64,000 nucleotides of DNA from Tubiluchus corallicola (GCA_030141605.1 JAQGDQ010000001.1:1054001-1118000); one strand, 5' to 3'; positions 1 through 12,918 are shown, numbered from the stretch's first letter. Notes: generated from the sequence alone by a model not told the origin. Program-made: numbers and translations.

Positions 1-228
1 GCACATTTCCAGGCACCATGTGACAGGGAAAGTTAGTCTTTTGTATTTGAAATCACTGTGAGAGCTTTCTGTTTAAAGAAGCAAGGTTGGAAATATGTAA
101 AGTACAATAAAAATTATGACTACGTCAAATGCATGCAACTAAAAAACACCAAAATTAATTTACACATCACAAAAATTAATCACCGTACATTACCGTTTAC
201 GACTCAGTTTTCATTTAGCAGTACTTGC

Positions 229-314
229 CTGCATTTTCAGGGATAAAGTACACGAAAAGTAATGGAAGACCTGCCAGTACATGGAGAATTAATGTTGGTA
301 TTCTTCTTCCCCAC
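229..314 (-). CDS. SLC22-family (organic cation transporter-like) MFS transporter, internal exon (6th visible; gene continues left of the window)
   Basis: Minus strand ttag|G TGG GGA AGA AGA... = WGRRIPTLILHVLAGLPLLFVYFIPENA, the second MFS 'GRR' loop plus a TM helix. Its phase fits the 675-809 exon. The donor appears to be non-canonical CAG|GCAAGT. Confidence 0.85.
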
Positions 315-674
315 CTAAGCAATTAAAAACCAGTTATTACATGCTTAACTTAGAAAATTACATGCTGTATAAGTTAGTTTTAACACACATTTTTATATTT
401 ATGGTTAATAGAAGGCTGCCAAAAAAGAAACATTTCTATGAGATCCTTCAATGTTGCACACCGTACTACGGACTCTACAATTTAAACATTACACTATATA
501 TGATTATAATTTCGCAGATTTTTAAGATTAAGATTTTGCAAGTATATTCTGTTTCCGAAAAGTATATCTGTAATTTTATATTATAATTATGTATCTAACG
601 TGAAGCAAATTAAACTTGTATTAAATAATTTTCATTGCGTGAGAAAGACAGAAAATAGGTCAAGGTCTACTTAC

Positions 675-809
675 GGCCTAAGAATGTACATGCAAGTGAC
701 ATAGGCCGGCACTTCAATAGCCCCAGATAGGAAAAAATTGAGGTATTTGTTTCCCGCTAATGTGTTTGTTCCCAGAGATAAACCATAATATACTAACGCG
801 TTGACAGTC
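675..809 (-). CDS. SLC22-family transporter, internal exon
   Basis: ttttcag|...|gtaagt. Encodes TVNALVYYGLSLGTNTLAGNKYLNFFLSGAIEVPAYVTCMYILR, the typical SLC22 'vYYGL...GN.YLNFFL.g.vEvPa' TM7-8 segment. 135 nt, phase 2-2. Confidence 0.93.
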
Positions 810-924
810 CTGAAAACAATAACAAATCCATGTAATTAAGTTATTAATTTATGTAGTCATTTACTGAAGCAAAATTGACGGATTTCACAAAGCAGTACAG
901 TAATACATAGTATAGTATGGCATA

Positions 925-1310
925 GTGTGTGGTGTGGTGTGGTATGGTATGGTATGGTATGGTATGGTATGGTATGGTATGGTATGGTATGGAATGGTAT
1001 GGTATGGTATGATATGGTTTGGTATGATATGGTATGGTGTGGTGTGGTGTGGCGTGGCGTGGCGTGGCGTGGCGTGGCGTGGCGTGGCGTGGCGTGGCAT
1101 GGCATGGCATGGCATGGCATGGCATGGCATGGCATGGCATGGCATGGCATAGTCTAGTCTAGTCTAGTCTAGTAGTCTAGTCTAGTATAGTATAGTATAG
1201 TATAGTATAGTATAGTATAGTATAGTATAGTATAGTATAGTATAGTATAGTATAGTATAGTATAGTATATTAGTATAGTATAGTATAGTATATTATCGTA
1301 TCGTATCGTA
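925..1310. repeat. Compound pentanucleotide microsatellite
   Basis: Successive blocks GTGTG, GTATG, GCGTG, GCATG, GTCTA, GTATA, GTATC. Confidence 0.97.
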
Positions 1311-1659
1311 CATATAGTTCGTATTCAATACTATAAATACAACAGTAAAATGCATATTTACGCAATGGCACATTTCGCCAGTGTGTCATTCACCAGTGCA
1401 TAAAGAATGGCTTCAGCGCCATTAAATGTTACTAGTCTTGTGAAAACCTTGTGAAATGCATATTTCATATAGAGCGCCATTATTACTATTTTATATGAAG
1501 CATTCATTAAGTCGAATCCTAAAAACATTTAATATCATAATTATTATGCTTCGTGAAGTATCTTATTCAAGTAGGTTGCATTTTTAATAAAAATCTAACA
1601 TAATTAATGACTATGTTAGATTATTTTGCTTAAAATAAAAAAAGCTAAGGAAACCTTAC

Positions 1660-1887
1660 CATATTAGCACAATTATAATGGCATATGTTCTCAGGTATGG
1701 TGTGAGTAAAACACCAATTAAATTTATTTTTGCTTTGTCGTTGGCTTTCTTAGTAGGGGTCGGAACTTTTAACTTTAAGTCTTTTGGAATGGAGACTTTG
1801 CTGAATTTTGCCAGTTTTCTTATTAAAGCTTCACCATCTTCAACCCGGCCATGAGTGACTAAATAGTGAATGGATTCCGGAAGAGTC
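1660..1887 (-). CDS. SLC22-family transporter, internal exon (PES motif, large cytoplasmic loop)
   Basis: ctag|...|gtaagg. Encodes TLPESIHYLVTHGRVEDGEALIRKLAKFSK...LLTPYLRTYAIIIVLIW, matching SLC22 'PESPRWL...G...A..I'. 228 nt, phase 2-2. Confidence 0.93.
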
Positions 1888-2869
1888 CTAGAACAAAATT
1901 AGAACAAAAATGTTAACCAAGTTCCGTGGTTGATTTGTTTCCGAACCAATAAGAAGCAGTACCAACAATGCGTTTATTTGCTACTTATATACACTTGATT
2001 ACACCAGAAAACACAATTACAACAATTGTAAAAATAATGATAGAACATTAAAAACTGGAAGCTCCCAGTAAAGGGTATTGTTTCCCCAACGAGATCGACA
2101 TAAGTGGAGACAACCGCAAATATGTTTTTTTAATTGAAAAGCAATGTAATTTTATATTATATTTATAATCATAAAAATATCATATTTCTGTTAAAAACAC
2201 AGCCATCGTCATACAGAGATTGAAATTATATGCATTTCAAGGTCAAAGATTGTCACTTTAAAAGACCAACATTCGCAGAAACTACCGCAAACAATGTATT
2301 TTCTGCATCGAGTATAGGACTGTAATTTCCACCTAAAACTTACTAACTGGCTGCACTAACTGATCACTTTACAGTGGGCAAAGCTGAAATGTGCTGAGCA
2401 TTCAGGCTAAAAAAAATTTTATGCAGGCTAACATGACAGCCTCTTATATCATAAGCATGCAAGGCATGCAATTTACTAATATACCTTTCGCTGCTCCAAC
2501 TCACATATTGCTGAAATTTCTACTACTACATATTGTATGCCAAACGAATGTTGATATAATAAATTGACTGAATTGACTAGAATTGACATAAACAACGTAG
2601 AAGGTGCTGCCGCATCTGGTAAAGACGCGCACAAAGTTGCTACTACTATTTGACAAGAACTGAAGCATCCGTTTTCGTGATATGATCATAGGATATGAGT
2701 GATGCCCATTAATGATATGATATTACAGAATGTTCTAGTAGAATGCGGCTATAAAATTGACTTCTCCAGTGGGTACAATTAACGCTTTTGCTTTCACTGA
2801 TATTAGGCTAATTAGGAATTTTGTGTGTGTGTGTGTGTGTGCGTGTGCGTGCGTGCGCGTGTGCGTGTG

Positions 2870-2902
<33 letters not shown>

Positions 2903-3818
2903 ATGTTCAGTTTGCAAAAAATATTGTACACTAGTTTTGCAGAAAAAAAACATTTCCAAGCAGCAATGCATGGTAACTTTAGAATGTGGGTGCACGCAAG
3001 CGTGCTCATGCCCTTAAGGAGGGCTGCACACGGGCAGGTGCGCAGCAGATCAACAGTGGACCAGATAGTGAGACACAGCAGGCTTGTGTAGATAATTACC
3101 AGATCGATTACCACCATTCCAGTGAACACGAATCAGCACGGCTCCTTAACTACATAATTATAGTTAATCCTCTCTACCTGCCTGCACGCGCGCGCGCGCG
3201 TGCGCGTGGTGTGCGTGTGTGTGCTGGACCCCGGGCCTGGGGTAATTATAGACTCGACCAACAACGCCGACAAACACTAACCTCATAATTATACGCCGCT
3301 CGGCGAGCACCTAATTCCATAATTACAGATCACTCGAGTATTGCATTTTATAGAGACGGGGGTACCCGGCAGGAGCAGGGTCCGGGACACCCGGGGGAAG
3401 TTCCTAAACCCTCAAGCAAGGTTCGAAATTCGTGCTCACCCCTGTACAACATTCTCCAGTACCAATCTAATCCCCAAATTACCTCCAGTTACCTCAAAGA
3501 CAAAGAAAATGCCTCAGATGCGGACCAATGCATTCGGACCACAGGGGCGCTAATTGCCCCCAATTAAAGTAATTAAATCAACCAAAAAATAAAACATACA
3601 CATGACTCGCATGCGCATTTGTGTGCATGTGTGCATAAGTGCGTGCGTGAGCGCGTGTATGCGTGCGTATGTGAACGACTCTGTAAATATTGTACTATAC
3701 ATGTATTTGTATATGTGTTATTGTTTACCCGATAAATGTGAAATGTGAAATATCTTCAAACCCAATCGAGTACATACGAAAAAAATGTATTTACAAAGAC
3801 AAAAAATACCGTTTTTAC

Positions 3819-4015
3819 CAAAATCCAACTGCCATAAGTAGCAGTGGTGCAGAAATGATCAACTGCAGATGACGCCAATTACGAACAAAATATGCAATGC
3901 CTGGCAGTATCATCAAACCCAGAGCCCATATAATGTAGACGCCATTAACTGCAAATGCCCGATGCTTAGTGCTGTAATATTCCGATAGTAAGCAGTAGCT
4001 CACAAGAAAACCTCC
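3819..4015 (-). CDS. SLC22-family transporter, internal exon
   Basis: aacag|...|gtaaaa. Encodes GGFLVSYCLLSEYYSTKHRAFA...AYFVRNWRHLQLIISAP, with the SLC22 'E....R' and 'WR.LQL' motifs. 197 nt, phase 0-2. Confidence 0.93.
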
Positions 4016-4276
4016 CTGTTTGAAAAATAGTATCATATTAAATGCATATTAAAATTTAGTACAACTAGTTACGTAACAATGCATGGCTAAATGACGATTG
4101 CAAATGATAATTACAAAAGTAATCCAGATTTACATAAATATTGCTTTTTATTGTAGTATATAGATGCAAATTTTCTGCCTTTTTTATATTGGTAACTTAC
4201 TTTTTTATTCTGAATTTTTTTACACTGGAAATATATATATATATATATATTAGTGACTATATTATTGACTGATATA

Positions 4277-4376
4277 TTATATCATATCATATCATATCAT
4301 ATCATATCATATCATATCATATCATATCATATCATATCATATCATATCATATCATATCATATCATATCATATCATA
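4277..4376. repeat. (ATATC)n microsatellite
   Basis: About 20 units read directly. Confidence 0.97.
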
Positions 4377-4405
4377 TACATATATAGAAGCCTTCTTGTA
4401 CCTAC

Positions 4406-4636
4406 CATGTGTAAGGCAGCCATTATAGCTCGCATGGTGATGAAAAGATAAAAATCATTCACAAATGCAGCAATAACACCAACAATTCCCCAGGTTACTC
4501 CACAAAATATAACCACGTACTTCCTGCCAAAATAATCCGCAAACGTTGGTGCCACCAAAGCACCAACCATCCAAGCAGCCATATATACGGACTGAGATGC
4601 TTGGACGAGAAATCTTTTGTCACAAACCAAGTCCCA
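4406..4636 (-). CDS. SLC22-family transporter, internal exon
   Basis: ctag|TGG GAC TTG GTT TGT...ATG|gtaggt. Encodes WDLVCDK...ADYFGRK..., the SLC22 signature 'EWDLVC' and MFS motif A. 231 nt, phase 0-0. Confidence 0.94.
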
Positions 4637-4773
4637 CTAGAATAGAATAGACGAATCCTTAAAGTTACTCATATCAGTTCCATACAGCTATTTATTTCCT
4701 GTTGTTATTATTTGCGTTTAATGTTTTCATGACTTTCTGCTACTATTTCTTTAATTGTCATTGTTACTGTTGT

Positions 4774-4805
<32 letters not shown>

Positions 4806-5131
4806 GGTGGGTGGGTGGGTGGTGGTGGTGGTGGTGGTGGTGGTGGTGGTGGTGGTGGTGGTGCAATAACACGGTTTTTCAGCAAACGATATGAAAATCG
4901 GTAAGATATAAGTGAACACGAAGAATCAGAGAGGTTATCTAATGGGTGAAAAATTATCAGGGATCACCAAACACTTATCATGCAAGTAGGTATAGAAGTA
5001 CAATTTAATAGACTGAGAACGATCCCATACAGTTGGTGCCTAAAAGACTTATATGAATGTTGTTAGAGAGACCTGGTCCTGTGAACAGTGTGTTTTCAAA
5101 AAGAGTTTAAATACTCTGATACAGTTGTTAC

Positions 5132-5488
5132 CTCTGTAACAATTGTCGATTCATCTTCGTTGCTATACCACCATCCATCCGGGCATTTCTCTATCTCTTT
5201 ACTAGTGAAATTTATCAGTTGACACTTGTCTATTAGTTTTGCTCCCTTACTGTCATATTTAACTGGTATGACATCAGTTGGATCCACACCAGGAGGAACT
5301 CTGCAATGATGGTCTGGAGTTGCTCCAATAAAGGAAATTGCCAGTGTGTGCCATGGGGCTATGATATTGTAAAAAGCAACATGGAGGAACACTAATAGCT
5401 GTGCTCGACTGTGGGATCCAAAATGCTCAAATACTTCGTCAACAAGCACAGGCCTTCTTGGATCGGCATTTTTGCTACATTTTAGCTC
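5132..5488 (-). CDS. SLC22-family transporter, N-terminal exon (TM1 + extracellular loop); initiator exon not identified
   Basis: ttttcag|GAG CTA AAA...GAG|gtaaca. Encodes VDEVFEHFG...PDHHCRVP...CPDGWWY...STIVTE, joining in frame to WDLVC. There is no in-frame ATG in this exon. Confidence 0.92.
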
Positions 5489-6367
5489 CTGAAAATAAAT
5501 AGTAAGTAAAGTGTGCAGTTGCAACAATGCCTAGTTAACAGGCATGTTGAAGAAATATCTAGTTTATTCGACAGCACTTAATAAACAAAACAAATGCTTA
5601 TACAGTATTAATTTAATGCATTGGGTGTGTGTAAAAACTAATGGATCCGCTAAAACGATTCAACACAACATCCCAGTATAACCTGTTTGTTGCTTTTTTG
5701 TGCGAACATACCGTACTTTACTTTTTTCTGAAGTCAATTGTGGCTAATTTTGAATTAACCCTTGTCATTATCCAAGCTGACGCTTTGAATCAGACATCTT
5801 TCGTGAATGAAACACTTAATGATGGGCGATAGCGCCCTTATTTTCAAAAGTGCATTGTGCATAAAACAGTAATCTTGCTCATCTCGAATCGCGATGTCAA
5901 TTTTTATAACCAGGGCCTGGATTCATGTACTGAATTTAACGAAGGTGTCCTTGTCTTACGCGCGCGGAAATATTTGTCTGTAATTCATGTAGATGTCTTA
6001 TCTCCTTAGACGATAAACTTCCATGCGACTGGAAAAGTTAATTCGATTTAAATAAACGTCTTAAGTCGCATTTATTAGGCGGGTAAGTTTGAGCGCACTT
6101 AGCGAGTTAGGACGGTACTCATTAAACAAAATTTTACCTTAATCGCACGCGTAGCTTTACGACGCTTCTAGATTTGTCGCAACACGACGATTGGTGTTGT
6201 TTCTCCTAATATTTCATTTCAAAATTTTGAAATCATCACGTAATATAATTTGGAAAAACTCTAAATGCAGTACCTACTTTTAGTAAATGTCAACAAACGA
6301 TTGACCAGTTGCTCTCTTGAGTCTCTTCTCTGCTCCGGTTTTTTCTCCCTTAATTCTATTCCCTTAT

Positions 6368-6660
6368 TTCTTCTCTTCTCGTTTTTCTCTCTTTTCTTCT
6401 CTTCTTTTCTCTTCTCTTCTCTTCTCCGCTCTTATCTTCTCTTCATTTTTTCTTCTCTTTTCTCTTTTCTTCTCTTCTTCTCTCTTCTCTTCTCTTCTCT
6501 TCACTTCTCTTCTCTTCTCTTCTCTTCTCTTCTCTTCTCTTCTCTTCTCTTCTCTTCTCTTCTCTTCTCTTCTCTTCTCTTCTCTTCTCTTCTCTTCTCT
6601 TCTCTTCTCTTCTCTTCTCTTCTCTTCTCTTCCCTTTTCCTCTTTTCTTCTCTTCTCTTC
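6368..6660. repeat. (CTCTT)n polypyrimidine microsatellite
   Basis: Perfect core about 6505-6631 with degenerate flanks. Confidence 0.97.
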
Positions 6661-7719
6661 CCTTCTGTTTTCCTCGCTTCACTTTTCCTCTTGTCCGTGC
6701 GTTGTATGTTATTTTTAGATTCTAGACCACCAGAAGGAAGGCAGTAGTTTTCGTGACTGAGTTTAATGAAAATTTACATTAATGAACAAGCAATCTTTTC
6801 GTGTTTCGGGATCAGTCCTCCTTTTGTGACACATGAATTTTTGTCACACTAGTATAAAAATCAAAAAGTATATATCAAGTAGCGCAAGCATACACACACG
6901 AAAAATTCATGTCAGTTCGTTAGATTTTTCCTAAGAATTTGAAGTTTTCAAATTTTTAAAAAAATTAAATACCGAAAAAAAATTTGCGTCACTATTGTTA
7001 AAATTTGCAGCAACTGCTCTATGTGTTCACTATTTTCAATGCACCTAAATGAATTCCAATATCTGAATTTCCCTAAATACCTTACTTGTATTTCCTTAAA
7101 AAGTTCTTCATAGGTTAAGACACGCTGGGTGTCTGCTAGGTTAGCGAATCACAAGAGCTGTAACATGCAAGTTAATAAAACTGAATGAATAAAGCCAAAG
7201 CGCGACGTAATTTGCGGACGCCGGTGATTTGTCTTTGTTTTCTAGTAGTCTTTTAGACAATAATTAGTAAAAGAACTGTTTTCGATAAAATTTCTTTATA
7301 CTATAGAGTTGGCAAATTGTAACTAATTTATAATAGGGTTATCTGTATTTTGAAAATCAGAATAACTTTTTTCAAAATAGATATTCACTGCTGAAGAGAT
7401 TTGAACAATTACTGTTCACTCTTTCAAGGTTTCAAAAACAGAAATTTAACCAAAATGTAGAAACCACAAGAAATCAACAGCAAATCGGAGTTTTAATGTG
7501 ATGTCTGCAATAAAGTCTATATATACAAGGATATATATATATCTACAAGGATTCAGATCTGACTCATAATCATAACTATTCATTTATAAATTACATTTGT
7601 GCTTGTAAGTTTAACATTAAAAAAATTTCCATTGCTGTGCTTTGAGTGTTATAAAAATAGTCGCCGGCACCCTACCTTCCCCTTTTGGTCATTCTTAAAT
7701 AGGTTTCTCATCAAATTAA

Positions 7720-8280
7720 TTATTTAAGAACTACTGATCTTTATCCAGTAAGATGTAAAGTCCATCTTTGCAAAGTTCATTGTTGTTATCAAAATGTGAT
7801 TTAAATTGTTTTGGGGTTGCTTTTGTGGGTGCCCTCTATAAACGGCTCCGATTTGAATACTTAATAGTGACTAGTAAGTGATATCCATGGCCAAGTTCAT
7901 TATTTAAGAATTACTGATCTATATTCGGTAAAATCGAAAGACCATTTTCGCAAAATTTCAATGTTGTGCTCAAAATGTGATTTAGATTTTGGAGGTGCCA
8001 CTTTTAGGGCGCCCCTATGTAATTTATCAATTTGAAAACTTAAAAGCGACCAATATGTGATCTCCGTGATCAAGTTCATTATTTCAGATTCACTGATCTT
8101 TATCCAGTATAATGAAAGGAACATTTTTGCAAAGTTTCACTGATGTACTTAAAGGTGATTTCAATTGATTAAGGGGCGCCGTTACACATCGCATTAATTT
8201 GGAAACTTAAGAGTGACTAATAAATGATTTCCATGGCCAGATTCATCATATAAGGTCCACTGGTCTTTATCCAGTTGGGA
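7720..8280. repeat. Diverged tandem array, about 170-180 bp unit, about 3.2 copies
   Basis: Recurring TTATTT..GA..ACTGATCT.TAT.C.GTA...GCAAA...GTGATTT...CCATGGCCA at about 7720, 7900, 8079 and 8246. A reverse-complement relative lies at about 11220-11490. Confidence 0.8.
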
Positions 8281-8359
8281 TTAAAGATCTGTCATTGTTA
8301 CTTTCGAGTTAGAAACTACTTAAATTATCTGCATATTTTCTCAGTTTAATTAGCATGTA

Positions 8360-9600
8360 TTTTATAATTTATTGTTAATTTGTTGGTTTACATTCAAGTA
8401 GTAACATATTTGTTGTAGGTTGTATAGTCTAGTATCTGATAAAAATAGATTCGTATCATCAGCAATCTCTCTGGGATGAAATCCGAAACAATAAACAAGG
8501 TCATTAATATATAAAAGAATTGGCAATGGAGAGAATTTAGCCAAGGCCTGTTAAAGGTTTTTGTTTCTTTTCTGAATAAAATTTTAGTAAGTGCATGACT
8601 GAATAACACTTTATTCGTGGAATCATGCATCAAGCAGGAGAATCATTTATTGTTAGGTCCGTCAATAATAATAATAATAATAATAATTTCTAACCTATTG
8701 CTTAGGTCATTCATAAAAGAGCTTCTTATTCTTAAAGTTATTATTATTTTTAATTTCATTATTACTTTTATATCGAATTATCACTGATTATTATTTTAGT
8801 TTTTGAGCGTTTACTCACTGAGTTTTTAACAATACAAAATATAAGTGATCTGCAACTTGGTACAGTAGTACTCCTAGAATAATACAATTTTTCAAGTTAT
8901 TTGTGTATATGTGATTAGTTAGAGTCTTTGCAATGAGAGTCAATCTGGTTGGTCTGGTTAAGATAAGAGTGAATAGGCTGGAAAAGATCATATTTTAGTA
9001 GATAGATGTGTAGTGATCACCGGCCATGTAGTAAATTATTTCTTGCCTACTAGTGCATGTTACCTTTGATTTGAACTTCGGTAGTGGTAGATATCCCAGG
9101 GAGAGCCTGGGGCGAGTTCAATACCTCTGCATCAGTTTAACTTGGGCGCTTTTAAAATGCGCCCATAGAATGACAATACGTATTTATAATTCATACACTG
9201 ACATGTATGAAAAAGCAGCGTTCGATACACTTTCGTCATATCTTCGCTTATAAAGACCTTGTCCGAAATAGTAAACCCAAGTCAATGGTTGAACTAATAT
9301 TTTTTCCAGCAGCATAAACCTTATCACAGATGTCCGGGCGCAGAAATTTAGCGATAACTGCAGCTAGATTTCCTATATTGGGTCTTTGTATCCACTGTGA
9401 ATTAGCAATTTCTTTTGGGCATATTGGAACTCCATTTTTCTCGCAAACATTTTCCACTATGCTATTGTATGAGGAACTCCAGTTATTTCAATGATGTCCC
9501 TGCATTTATACTCTTCAAGGTTGTTAACTGCTTCATCAACTGTATGCCCTTGTTCTCTAAATAGGTTATGGCTGTTCTCAGTAACGTGTTTTCTTGCTTA
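8360..9600 (-). mobile_element. Decayed CR1/L2-like LINE remnants (RT fragment about 8360-8650; ORF1-like fragment about 9250-9600)
   Basis: SPLPILLYINDL...IADDTNLF resembles RT 'GPLLFLLYINDL...FADDTNL'. IIEITGVP...AAVIAKF resembles the ORF1 RRM 'N.eI.GvP...P.IivkF'. Multiple stops and deletions. Confidence 0.7.
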
Positions 9601-11219
9601 AGAGTGTGGATTGTTTCACGATTTTCTGAAATTTCTTTATGAATATAACTGATTTTTTTATTATTTGGTATGTGTTATGTACTGCCACTGCTTTCCTCAT
9701 TATCCTTACTCGTACCAGTACATAGAAGTGCTGACAAAAGTCAAATTGCGACTACGGAAAGTAGACTCTTGATAAGATGTTCAACAGGCTCCAAAATTAT
9801 ACGTACAGTCTTAACTGTAGACACAAGCGGCAACATTGTAAACTTGGCTGTAATACACATTCGTTGAATATTTTACTTACGTACATACCGCTACAATTTT
9901 CTTTTGCTGAATTCTCTTATCATCAAGGCTGTATTAGATGAATTTATACAATGACTTTCTGTCTCTGTTCATTAATAACACTGAATTTATTAAATCTGAA
10001 TACTGAACTGCTATATTAGCGCCGTCAGAACCACTCTGTTTTCAAATCTTGGCGACGTCATATATTTTACTGGGCCTATGACCATACTCAATAATTTGCT
10101 TGTTATTTTTACATTAGCGGTTTTGACAGGAAAAATCTAGAAGAAAACAGCGGTAATTTTTTGTAACGTGTCGATCGCCGTAGAAGACATTTGTTTATTT
10201 GTTTTAATCGTCGAATTATATATTTAAATATATATATATTTATTTATTTATATAATCTTTCTTTGTTTAAAGTGAAATTAGGTCTCTAGTTAGTCTGAAC
10301 ACCATCTATGACACAAACATATTGCGATAGAGCATTTACTGCATTTAATTAGTAAAGCTTTATTATTATAAAATGATATCATACAACAACAAAGCTGTGT
10401 CAACTATATTATGAATCTTTTGCAGTAACGTTTTTACTAGGACTCATTCTTAACTGGAAATAAGAGGCAACATATACACGTCGGTTTCCATTTGTTACTA
10501 AATGTATTTTAGTAAGAGATATAAATCCATTATCGTTCGGATAAATTACTTATTCCACATACCTTTGCGAAAACGCCTTTTGCTTCGTTCACAGTTTGTA
10601 CAGAAGTACGCAGTTCTTCCATGCAGGCAAGTTATGCAAGCACGTAAACTTCTACTTTTTCATCTCGTCCGAACTCATAACTAGCCTAACAAGTTTTACT
10701 ACTACTTCGTCGGTTGTTTCTTTTTCACCAGGGCATCAAAAAAGTTCATGTGTGCCATAAGATGACTGGGTAATAATAAATTCCGCAGCAAACTTACTGC
10801 ACATCCTAGGTCAGCACACTGTCGGATAAACATAGTAGCCTCTGCGTGTTTATTCTCATTTACAAGGTCACTCAGTGAGACTGGACTCACTAAAATTTAC
10901 AGTGCGACGTTCTCCTGTGAGCTACTTATGTCTTGGTTGAAAAGCTAGGAGAAGCCAGAATAGTTCCAATAGGCACCAGCGAAGGAAGTACTTGTCGCAT
11001 TCTCTTGTGTTCTTAATGAATTCTAACAGGTCGATATTGTGGCTAGCTTTTTACGCTTTACCTTGTAACTTCAAATAACTCACAGATAAGTTAAGAACTC
11101 TACACAGGAGCTAACAGAGATTTACATTACCTCGCGTGCAACAGGTTTGAGTGTTGGAATCCCTTGATAGTCTATTTGAAGTCACTTACTGGTTGGGCTT
11201 AAGCTTTTAAATTGGTGTG

Positions 11220-11418
11220 TTTCGTAGGGGTGCTTCTAAAATGCCACAAAATCACTTTCAGTACATCAATGAAACTTTGTGAAAATGTTCTTTAGATCTT
11301 ACTGAATTTTTCAGTAAGTGACTTCTATATTTCGTAGGGGTGACTTCTAAAATGCCACAAAATCACTTTCAGTACATCAATGAAACTTTGTGAAAATGTT
11401 CTTTAGATCTTACTGAAT
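11220..11418. repeat. Near-perfect direct duplication of about 88 bp (period about 110)
   Basis: tttcgtaggggtg...cttactgaat occurs at 11220 and again at 11330. Confidence 0.9.
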
Positions 11419-11509
11419 AAAAATCAGTAGTTCTTAAATAACGAATTTAGCCATGGAGATTACGTGTTGGTCACTCTTAAGTTTTGAAATTTGTGAATTA
11501 CTGAGTGTC

Positions 11510-12235
11510 CAGACTCTGTATTTCTGCTGAGCTGTTTAAGGCACTGAGTGACACGGGTATAGGCAAAGGACCACAAGTCAACTGACCAGTGTCCTCAGTC
11601 CATCACCCTAACAGGTGCTCCTTTGACCACATTTAAAGTGTTAAAGGTGGCTCCTTGATAGATTGTCCTTTTTTCCTGCTGGCGTTTTGGCCATTGCCCT
11701 TTGACTTATAGGTGGTCCTTTAGCAGCCAACGAATGACACTCAGTTTGCAGTTGTTAGACCGCCTGTTCTGTGCTATGGAAGTCAGGTGAGATTTGCTTG
11801 ATTGCAGAGTCTGCAAGATTATTACCCTTCATAAAAACAATGGTGGTAAGGCTGATATAAATAACTCTTGGGGAATCAGTTTTCCTTCCCATGCAGGAAA
11901 AATCTGGCTCGGTTAAAGGATCGCTCAGAAAGCATTTATGCTGATAGCTAATGTGACTTTGGTAACGGAGGCCAATAATTTTATAGCCAGGTTATAATCA
12001 GATTTTTTGCGTCAATTTATAACAAAATGTCGTTATGTAATCGCATATCATAGCGCAAATACGCTTTCGTGCTTTAGGGTTACAACTTACAAGGATCATA
12101 CACGACTATGATCTCGATGAATACTGTAAAACCAGCACTTAGAGTTATTTAACTAGATTGTTCTAGTAGACGAATTTCCTAACACATCCACTGCAATATT
12201 TTCAACATCTTTATATTGTACTGCAGGGCTGTGAT
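11510..12235 (+). mobile_element. Decayed RTE-clade LINE RT remnant
   Basis: Frameshifted pieces ISAELFKA and KIITLHKNNGGKADINNSWGISFPSHAGKI resemble RTE 'IITLYKNKGDRSDCNNYRGISLLS.aGKI'. A QGC fragment lies near 12225. Confidence 0.65.
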
Positions 12236-12918
12236 GAGATGAAGTGTAATACTGGCAGGGGAATACAGCAGACTTCTCAGGTGTGCGTGTGAACGTGGCT
12301 TTATCTACCACATAGACTCTTATTCTGACCTTGTGTTAGTAGGAGCCACTAGTCACGTGCACACCTGAGCTTATAAAAAGGGTAGGTCTGCTGTAGATCC
12401 TGGTCAGTGGTCGTCTCATCTCAGCTCTGTTCTATTCTGGTAAGCTATTTGCAATATTTTGTAATAAATTGTCATTTTGATTTTATTATTCATTTTGGTT
12501 TTGGTTTGGCATTGACTTAGTTGAGACATGCCGCACGGTGTAGTGTGGTGAATAAATTTATAAATCGATGATTTTCGATATTTAGGTATGAAGTCGCCTG
12601 CCTCCCTGATTGCATGAATAAATTTACAGATGGTGCAATTGGAACTCACCCAGCTGTTAAAGCTCGAATTTAATGACCTGTAAAAGCGTAGGATGCAAGA
12701 AGTAAGATTTATCGTTTGCGTAAGGACACTCTAGGATGCTCAGGATAATTAGCTAATATTAGGTTGAGACGGATGTACCGTTTATAATGAGCTATATGCA
12801 CAAGTTACTAGTAATTAACGAAAACTCTGCGAGGTCACTGTTTCTTGAAGACAAGAGGACGGATAAGTTTTACGGGCGTACGATGACTATGTCCTCTCAA
12901 CTGTCCAATAAATTTTAA

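Noticed and set aside
844-1157. ORFs such as [10 protein letters not shown]... and [10 protein letters not shown]...
   Set aside because: They are translations of the compound pentamer microsatellite and are open in most frames on both strands.
6265-6747. LLFSS-repeat and EEKRR-repeat ORFs; likewise the ERER/SLSL (15250-15617), poly-N/I/Y (17461-17764), HTHT and poly-V/D ORFs
   Set aside because: Simple-repeat artefacts.
7086-7111. Minus-strand ATG AAG AAC... followed by gtaagg as an SLC22 start exon
   Set aside because: Phase 2 splicing to 5488 gives an immediate stop (AAG AGC TAA).
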